A stretch of 52,289 nt of DNA. It comes from a virus. Its lineage: Duplodnaviria; Caudoviricetes. The stretch lies in IMG/VR virus record IMGVR_UViG_3300049846_000828, positions 1-52,289 of that record. One strand, 5' to 3'. Positions 46,675-52,289 of the stretch are shown here, piece by piece. The position numbers and the translations under genes were made by a program. Every line of letters begins with the position of its first letter. Within the stretch, counting starts at the first letter, position 1. The notes under the pieces are model-generated. The model did not search any database, was not told the DNA's origin, and worked only from the letters and a program-made list of their open reading frames with translations.

Positions 46675-46935
46675 ATGCCATTCCACCGACTGCCAGACCA
46701 CATCCGCAAGCACCCGGACGTGCAGGACGCATGGCATCACCACCACGCGGAACGCATCGACAAGATCGAATCCCACCAATCGAAGAACGATGGTCTAGGC
46801 CACCTCACGCACGCCCTGTTCGCTGGGAAGGTCAAAACCCCGTGGGGAGATCTCCCGCTCCCGTTGGCCATCATAGCGGCTGGTTACACCATCTACAAAA
46901 ACCCGGACTTGCTTTTAGGGCTGTTCGGGCCGTGA
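46675..46935 (+). CDS. Small membrane protein (holin candidate)
   Basis: C-terminal hydrophobic helix, last gene of the lysis cassette. Confidence 0.55.
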   Translation: MPFHRLPDHIRKHPDVQDAWHHHHAERIDKIESHQSKNDGLGHLTHALFAGKVKTPWGDLPLPLAIIAAGYTIYKNPDLLLGLFGP

Positions 46936-47044
46936 CGTGGTGTGTTGCCATCGTGATGGTTGGCTTGGCTGCTGGTAAAGTCGTCTCCACGAAGATGGAG
47001 AGGGGCCAGCACGTCAGGTTAGACTTACGAGGAAGCTAGAGGGC

Positions 47045-47064
47045 TCCCGAAGTTTGCTTCGGGA
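47045..47064. terminator. Hairpin between convergent operons
   Basis: TCCCGAAG-TTTG-CTTCGGGA. Confidence 0.5.
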
Positions 47065-47117
47065 ACATGCCCCAGAAGCGAGGAAACATAGGCGCTTTGC
47101 ATAGCTCAGATCGACGG

Positions 47118-47339
47118 TCAAATGTCAGGATTTGCCGTCGCGATCTGGCTGACTGCAGATCGCAAGTTGTTCGGCAGTGTCATATCCCGGTTGTATCGGC
47201 GCATTTGAACGGGCTGGCTCTCGCGAGAAGGGTATTTCGCATCCAGCTCGGCTTCGATTTCGTCGGCGGCGTCGACGGCCAGCGCCAACAGTTGGCGCAG
47301 ATCCTCCAGAGGCACCGATAGACAAACGACATCCGACAT
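47118..47339 (-). CDS. Hypothetical protein
   Basis: MSDVVCL after AGGAG. Confidence 0.6.
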   Translation of the reverse strand: MSDVVCLSVPLEDLRQLLALAVDAADEIEAELDAKYPSRESQPVQMRRYNRDMTLPNNLRSAVSQIATANPDI

Positions 47340-47359
47340 TGACGGACTCCTATTCCCTT

Positions 47360-47527
47360 TTATGGCTTGGCCGGCGGCCAAGTAAATGACTTGCGGCACT
47401 TGCGCGACGCGACCCACTGCGCTTTCTCCGGCGTGCACCCTTTGCGAACGTAGTGCACGGACCATGCAATCTGGCGCAGCCGTTCGTTGTCGTTGCAAAC
47501 GTACGATAGCAGCATGTCTGGAGGCAT
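47360..47527 (-). CDS. 55-aa hypothetical protein
   Basis: Hand-translated MPPDMLLSYVCND...; fills the operon gap. Confidence 0.45.
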   Translation of the reverse strand: MPPDMLLSYVCNDNERLRQIAWSVHYVRKGCTPEKAQWVASRKCRKSFTWPPAKP

Positions 47528-47540
47528 GGCGTATCGGGTC

Positions 47541-47744
47541 CTAGTTTGTCACAAACTTCATGAGATTGACCGCCGCGCTATCGACGATCGACTGCTGGCA
47601 GGTCGAGTGCCGAACATGCCACGACCCGTCATCCAGCAGCACAACGCAAACGACAGCACGCATGCGATCTGCATCGACCGCTAATGTCTCAATCACTTCT
47701 GCCGGCGTCGTCGATGCTGACCCAATTCGCACGATGTCTGCCAT
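47541..47744 (-). CDS. Hypothetical protein
   Basis: 67 aa with AGGGG RBS. Confidence 0.6.
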   Translation of the reverse strand: MADIVRIGSASTTPAEVIETLAVDADRMRAVVCVVLLDDGSWHVRHSTCQQSIVDSAAVNLMKFVTN

Positions 47745-47839
47745 CGTCTACCCCTGTTCCTTGTGTTTGCAGAGACAGCACCGCCGACCGGGGCGGCACC
47801 AGATCGTGAAGCATATGAACCGCAGCATCTTGGTCTCCA

Positions 47840-48067
47840 TTATTGAACTCGTTCGAGGATGCCTGTGTGCGGGCACCATTGGTAGCCATCTGGCGCAAGC
47901 ATGTCGGGTTGCGATTGGGAAAGCGTTTCAACGATCTGCCTTAGCTGCGGATCTGGTGGTGACGGCATGTGCTGCAAGCAACGCCACCGCCCCGGCTGCC
48001 CTTTGGCGTTAACGCGGTACAGGTCGACGCCATCCCTAGGCTTCCCGCCGCACGTCTCGCACTGCAT
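47840..48067 (-). CDS. Small zinc-finger-like protein
   Basis: CETC...LYRVNAKGQPGRWRCLQH. Confidence 0.65.
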   Translation of the reverse strand: MQCETCGGKPRDGVDLYRVNAKGQPGRWRCLQHMPSPPDPQLRQIVETLSQSQPDMLAPDGYQWCPHTGILERVQ

Positions 48068-48078
48068 CTGCCTCTCCC

Positions 48079-48276
48079 CTATTCCTCATCTGCCATGCGT
48101 TCAATGGCAGCATCCCAGTGAATGTAGTCACCGGCTCGCGGCAGCAGCAGGTTCATCGCCGTATCCGTCATCATCAGGCGATCCGGCAGATGATAAAAAA
48201 TCTGGTAGCAGCACCATCCGAGCGACCATGTCACCCATCCGTGCCAGCCTTGCCACCGTGACCAGTCCATAGTCAT
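48079..48276 (-). CDS. Trp-rich hypothetical protein
   Basis: GAGG RBS, directly downstream of the resolvase-like gene. Confidence 0.55.
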   Translation of the reverse strand: MTMDWSRWQGWHGWVTWSLGWCCYQIFYHLPDRLMMTDTAMNLLLPRAGDYIHWDAAIERMADEE

Positions 48277-48283
48277 GCCTCCT

Positions 48284-48862
48284 CTAATCTCGCCCGCCAC
48301 GCGGGCCGAACTCGTCATAATATCGGTCTTTCGACCATCCCGGCGGGCCTGCCGCAATTGCGGCTTTCACGCTCTTATTGCGAAGATCGAACCACGCAAT
48401 CCGCGCCGCTTCGACTTCGCCGGAAATGTCACGCGGCTTGCGCCCGCCCTTTAGGCCATTCTTCGCGCCCGAGTGACCGCGCGCCGCCGACGCCAGACGC
48501 TCAATCACTTCCTGCACGAACAGGTCGCGCTGCTCTGGAATGGCAGTGTGCCAGCGCTTCGCCAGATCATACGCCGATGCGCCCCGCGCTTCGATAGCGC
48601 GCAAGGTTTTCCAGAACATTGATCGCGGCTTGTCGTTCGTGCGTGACTTCGCGGGCACTAGCAGGTGGCCTTGCGTCACCACCAGCACATCGCCACGGCG
48701 AAGCGATGCCACGACATCGGCAACCGTCACGCCGGTCTTTTTACTGACCTCGTACAGTCCGCGCTCTGGCACGCCGAACTCGCGAAGCAGCTTCACTTGC
48801 GCCGAAGCCGGGAAGCGCTTCATGTCGTGAGCAAGTCCGCGTTTCTGTCTTTCTGTGAACAT
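48284..48862 (-). CDS. Degenerate serine-recombinase (resolvase/invertase)-like protein lacking canonical catalytic motifs
   Basis: AQVKLLREFG, SLRRGDVLVV, IEARGA and GLKGGRKPR align with resolvase features. GYARVS appears as GLAHDM and DRLxR as HLLVP. A candidate TTGATC-N17-CATTCT promoter suggests a leaderless start at 48862. Confidence 0.6.
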   Translation of the reverse strand: MFTERQKRGLAHDMKRFPASAQVKLLREFGVPERGLYEVSKKTGVTVADVVASLRRGDVLVVTQGHLLVPAKSRTNDKPRSMFWKTLRAIEARGASAYDLAKRWHTAIPEQRDLFVQEVIERLASAARGHSGAKNGLKGGRKPRDISGEVEAARIAWFDLRNKSVKAAIAAGPPGWSKDRYYDEFGPRGGRD

Positions 48863-48962
48863 GTTTCGCAGAATGCACGAAGCCGGTTGCGCGATCAAGT
48901 AGAATATGCTTTATTCACACCATGAGCGGCGACGTTGCCGCGTGAGATTAGAGGCCGGAACG

Positions 48963-49529
48963 ATGGCGCGTCACGATTGCGATATCTGCCGAGGATCGGG
49001 GACAGTCAGGCTTCCCGTCTATCATCGCGTATCTGTGCGATATGAATCGGACAGCAAAATATCGCCGTCATCTGTTGAGACGGCGCGCGCCTTTCCGTGC
49101 CCGGAGTGCGCACCAAAGGTTGATCACGAGCGCATTGCACTTGTCTACAGTGAGGTTCAAGCGTCCGCTCAATACAGCGCAGAACCCGAATATCAGGCTG
49201 CGATATTGCGTGATGCTGCCCATGCAATCGTCGATGAATTGCTGCGAGGCGGCTACATCAAGCAGGTCGTGGGCGATCTCGATAATATGTCTATGAGTAA
49301 CCCGATCCGGTGCACGCTTGGCGTCGTGTCGCCGTCCGTTGTTGCGACGATGGAAGCTAGGATTGCAGAGCGCCAGGGCGAAGTTGCGGATCGAGTGGCG
49401 GAAGAGGCTAAGCGCTTGATCGGTGTTTGGGGGTCGCACTACGGGCACACGACGTTAACAAAGGATCAAGCGTGCCGTTCTGTCTCTGAGGCGCTTGACG
49501 CCATCAAATTGAAGATGAAGCAAAAGTAG
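48963..49529 (+). CDS. Array ORF 1, DnaJ-like zinc-finger motif
   Basis: CDICRGSG...CPEC, starting after degenerate site TAGAGGCCG. Confidence 0.75.
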   Translation: MARHDCDICRGSGTVRLPVYHRVSVRYESDSKISPSSVETARAFPCPECAPKVDHERIALVYSEVQASAQYSAEPEYQAAILRDAAHAIVDELLRGGYIKQVVGDLDNMSMSNPIRCTLGVVSPSVVATMEARIAERQGEVADRVAEEAKRLIGVWGSHYGHTTLTKDQACRSVSEALDAIKLKMKQK

Positions 49530-49545
49530 AAAAAGGGCCGGTCGC

Positions 49546-49770
49546 ATGACAAACGAGCAGCGCAAGCTACTGGAGCCGTATGCGATGTTGCTCGCGCGGG
49601 CGCATCAGCGCATTGTGGACATGAGCGACGAGGATTTGGCCGCGATGGATGCGGCGATCAAGTCGGCAACATCGTCAAACTGCTGGTATGCAATCTACCA
49701 AGTTGCGAAGTTGCTGGAAAACGAGGTCGCTGGGCAGAAGTTGCTTCGCGCGCGCAAGCCAGCAGCATAA
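49546..49770 (+). CDS. Array ORF 2, hypothetical
   Basis: 74 aa after site 49532. Confidence 0.75.
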   Translation: MTNEQRKLLEPYAMLLARAHQRIVDMSDEDLAAMDAAIKSATSSNCWYAIYQVAKLLENEVAGQKLLRARKPAA

Positions 49771-49798
49771 AGAACGAACAGCACAAAGGGCCGGGACG

Positions 49799-50074
49799 AT
49801 GGCAAGCATGAAGGTGTCACTGGACGGCCTGATGGTCGGCGTTGAGCGTGCCCTGCGGTCAAGCAAGGAAGATATGGCGTGCGCCTATGCGTACTCGCTT
49901 ATGGAATTTGCTGAAAATCTTCGCCTCGTTAAAGAAGGCAAGGCGACGCCAGATGAGCTATTCGCCCTTTACACGATGGGCGAGAAGGAAGGCGACGGCC
50001 TGACGAAACGCGTCGAAAAGCGGTACTACGACTGTATGCAAGATGAACCGGAAGATGAGGACGAGGCGGCATGA
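49799..50074 (+). CDS. Array ORF 3, acidic hypothetical
   Basis: MASMKVSLDG after site 49785. Confidence 0.75.
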   Translation: MASMKVSLDGLMVGVERALRSSKEDMACAYAYSLMEFAENLRLVKEGKATPDELFALYTMGEKEGDGLTKRVEKRYYDCMQDEPEDEDEAA

Positions 50075-50349
50075 CGGACGTTCCATCGGAAGACGCGACA
50101 ACCGCCTACCGGGCGACGTTCGAGCAAGAGATTGACGATATCGCGCGCCGCATCGTTGCGTCTGTCACGCCAGCCCCACACCCGCATGCGGGTGGCATTC
50201 TGTTGCTTTGTGCGACCCGCTTGATCGGCCACCTGTCTGGTCATCTGGATAACGTCCGCGCCGCCACTGGCAAAGATCGGTATGGCGCGGAAGCATCGAT
50301 GCACGAGGCGTACAGACTTATTGATGCCGGACGCCCCCAACCGAATTGA
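50071..50349 (+). CDS. Array ORF 4, hypothetical (ATGA-coupled to ORF 3, no site)
   Basis: 92 aa with GAGG RBS. Confidence 0.7.
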   Translation: MTDVPSEDATTAYRATFEQEIDDIARRIVASVTPAPHPHAGGILLLCATRLIGHLSGHLDNVRAATGKDRYGAEASMHEAYRLIDAGRPQPN

Positions 50350-50367
50350 TCAAGAAAGGCCGGGACG

Positions 50368-50625
50368 ATGCTTCGCAAAGTAGATTACAGCAAGCCGATC
50401 ACGGGCGACGACATTCGGGAGATTGTCGCGTTCCTGGCGAGCCTCGACATGCACACCTCGCTAGAGGCGTGGCAGTATCCCGGCCAGACGCTCTTGCGTG
50501 CTGCCGACGATATCGACCGCTTGCGCACTCTTGAGGCTCGCGATGCGAACGCCGCCGCGACGCTTGCCGATGCTTACGGGCCGGACTGGCGCGGCGTGCT
50601 GAAATCAATCACTCCGCAAGTGTAG
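50368..50625 (+). CDS. Array ORF 5, hypothetical
   Basis: 85 aa after site 50354. Contains RAADDIDRLR. Confidence 0.75.
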   Translation: MLRKVDYSKPITGDDIREIVAFLASLDMHTSLEAWQYPGQTLLRAADDIDRLRTLEARDANAAATLADAYGPDWRGVLKSITPQV

Positions 50626-50641
50626 AAAAAGGGCCGCACAC

Positions 50642-50929
50642 ATGACTGATACAAGCGGGGAAGCCGTTATTGAAGACGGACACATTGTGATCCGGTTTCG
50701 GATCGATGCGCTACCAACGGCGGTTGCCGGTGCCGCAGCGCTTGGCACACTTGACGCGCCGTTCAAGGTGACGAACGCGGAAGCGTTTGCAAAAGACCTC
50801 GTGTCGCAACTCAACGAGGAAGACGAGCAGGGCACAACGATGATCCATCGGATGATGGACGAAGCCTTTAATCAGGCAGCTGACCAAGGCGCGTTCGGAA
50901 CCAGTATCAGCGACGACGACGAAGACTGA
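50642..50929 (+). CDS. Array ORF 6, acidic hypothetical
   Basis: 95 aa after site 50628. Contains FKVTNAEAFAKDLVSQLNEEDEQGTT. Confidence 0.78.
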   Translation: MTDTSGEAVIEDGHIVIRFRIDALPTAVAGAAALGTLDAPFKVTNAEAFAKDLVSQLNEEDEQGTTMIHRMMDEAFNQAADQGAFGTSISDDDED

Positions 50930-50947
50930 GGAAAAAGGGCCGCCCGG

Positions 50948-51232
50948 ATGCCTGCCGCGTACTACAGCTACGACGAAGCGAACAAGCGCAAGCGGCTATG
51001 GAACGGCGCTTGGTCAAAGGTGATTTGGGTTGATGACGCGGGAGCGAATGTGCTCGCTGTCATTCACTGGATGGGCGGCGGCTACAAGGTTGTGGGGCGC
51101 TACCTGCGTGATGAAGATCGACGGGCGGTGGCGCACGCGGAACGGTGCTCCGCAGACGGATACTGCCCGACGAATGCCGATGACGGCGACGGCTACCGCA
51201 AGGCATTGGCTGACGAACGCAACCGCACATAA
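50948..51232 (+). CDS. Array ORF 7, hypothetical
   Basis: 94 aa after site 50934. Confidence 0.72.
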   Translation: MPAAYYSYDEANKRKRLWNGAWSKVIWVDDAGANVLAVIHWMGGGYKVVGRYLRDEDRRAVAHAERCSADGYCPTNADDGDGYRKALADERNRT

Positions 51233-51244
51233 AGGGCCGCGTGC

Positions 51245-51467
51245 ATGAATGACGATCTGAAAGCGGCCGCGCGTGAAGGCTTCACCGAAGGCTGGCGAAG
51301 CCGCCCATATGGTGCCGATGCTTGGCGCGCTGGTTCATCCGCTGTGCGCCGTCGCCCTTGTTGGCGAGGAAGGTCTTTGCCGCATGCCGTATGACGCGGT
51401 TAAGAACATTCGCCGCAGCGACGTTGGCGACCGCATCATCCGTCGCTTGATTGACGCTCACGCTTGA
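51245..51467 (+). pseudogene. Array ORF 8, apparently frameshifted near 51293-51300
   Basis: MNDDLKAAAREGFTEGW(R) starts after site 51231. A different frame (EAAHMVPMLG...IDAHA*) ends at the next site. Confidence 0.55.
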
Positions 51468-51485
51468 ACACAAAGGGCCGCACGC

Positions 51486-51725
51486 ATGAAATTGAAGTGC
51501 ACCATTCGCAGCGATGCATTCGTCGAACCGTGCGACGGCTTGCGAAAACTCACTGGGTCGGCAGTCGATCTGGTGCAGTACACCAACTTCAAGACGATGC
51601 AACCGTCGCGCTCGTTCGTCACAATCAAGAGCGGCGATTTCCGCAAGCAAGGGCTTGTGGCGAACTTCTGCCCGGTGTGCGGCGAGCGGATCAATCATGC
51701 AGTCGAAGGCGCCCACGCGGCGTGA
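51486..51725 (+). CDS. Array ORF 9, zinc-ribbon protein
   Basis: C...PC...NFCPVCGERI after site 51472. Confidence 0.78.
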   Translation: MKLKCTIRSDAFVEPCDGLRKLTGSAVDLVQYTNFKTMQPSRSFVTIKSGDFRKQGLVANFCPVCGERINHAVEGAHAA

Positions 51726-51742
51726 ACACAAAGGGCCGGGCT

Positions 51743-52168
51743 GTGGAGCAAGACTGGAAAGTGCTACGCGAAGCCGCCCGTCTAATCGGTTGCGCTGCTC
51801 ATGCGGCTTACATGTGCACACTGCGCGGCGACGTTCCTGCGGGGTCGTTAGACAATTTCAAACCCCAGGTCGGGCGCATGGCCATGGAGGTAAGCTCGTT
51901 CTACCACGCTTTTGATCCGGCTGGTCCGACGCGCGGTTACGACCCGCTCAACTCGATTGGCGTACTGGATCGGATCGCGTGGGAGCCTGTGATGACTCCG
52001 GAGAAATGGAACGAAGGCGTCGAGGACAAAGCCGATTGGGAGACGCCGTCGAATGAGTGCGTTTACTATCTGCGGACGCTTGATGGGCGAGAGTTTCGGT
52101 GGACGAACAGTAAGCTGATCCTTGTCCCCGACACGCCGCAATTTAAGGCAATGAACAACCGCACATAA
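51743..52168 (+). CDS. Array ORF 10, hypothetical
   Basis: GTG 4 nt after site 51730. Contains YYLRTLDGREFRWTNS. Confidence 0.75.
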   Translation: MEQDWKVLREAARLIGCAAHAAYMCTLRGDVPAGSLDNFKPQVGRMAMEVSSFYHAFDPAGPTRGYDPLNSIGVLDRIAWEPVMTPEKWNEGVEDKADWETPSNECVYYLRTLDGREFRWTNSKLILVPDTPQFKAMNNRT

Positions 52169-52289
52169 AGGGCCGGACCAGTGACCAAGCTCACCGAAGA
52201 GTGTCAGCTAAACGAGCGTGAGCTTGCGAGGGCATCAGAAATCGCCAACGCAACATTGCGTGCGACTGCTGGCCAGCAGCGCGGCATGC
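52163..52289. repeat. Second copy of the 127-bp terminal overlap
   Basis: Identical to 1-127. Confidence 0.95.

Larger units (their letters stand above)
48949..52175 (+). repeat. Array of AAAGGGCCG start-associated sites (continues at 5-13, 322-330 and 496-504)
   Basis: Exact at 49532, 49785, 50628, 50934, 51231, 51472, 51730, 52167(=5) and 322. Degenerate at 48949, 50354 and 496. All but the last lie 4-5 nt before ATG/GTG. Confidence 0.92.

Noticed and set aside
51464-51742. N-terminal extension of the 234-aa ORF 51464-52168
   Set aside because: Overlaps the zinc-ribbon ORF 51486-51725. The GTG at 51743 fits the array-site spacing and is the better start.
48949-52175. CRISPR array or classical integron attC sites
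   Set aside because: The repeats are only 9-20 bp and separated by 170-580-bp ORFs. There are no cas genes, no RYYYAAC/GTTRRRY inverted boxes, and the integrase looks like an ordinary phage Int.

Overview
Complete circular genome (52,162 bp unique; bases 1-127 are repeated at 52163-52289 as an assembly overlap) of a temperate podovirus-type phage of an alphaproteobacterial host (gcrA homologue, Omp25/RopB-like OMP; probably Hyphomicrobiales, inferred). Layout: attP (3' half of tRNA-Val(TAC)), tyrosine integrase/xis, a leftward early operon (HNH, YqaJ exonuclease, ERF recombinase), an immunity switch (short XRE repressor, Cro-like gene, ATGACA-N3-TGTCAT operators), gcrA, replication, a membrane-protein module, terS/terL, T7/epsilon15-like portal-scaffold-capsid-tail genes, ejection proteins including a 2001-aa polyvalent protein (3 ADP-ribosyltransferase-like domains plus an HExxH motif), and lysis genes. 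The most unusual element runs across the origin (48949-52162 plus 1-504): 12 small co-oriented ORFs punctuated by a conserved AAAGGGCCG site 4-5 nt before the start codon, next to a divergent, catalytically degenerate resolvase-like gene. The architecture is integron-like but has no attC sites or IntI. All protein family calls come from motif recognition by eye, not from database searches.
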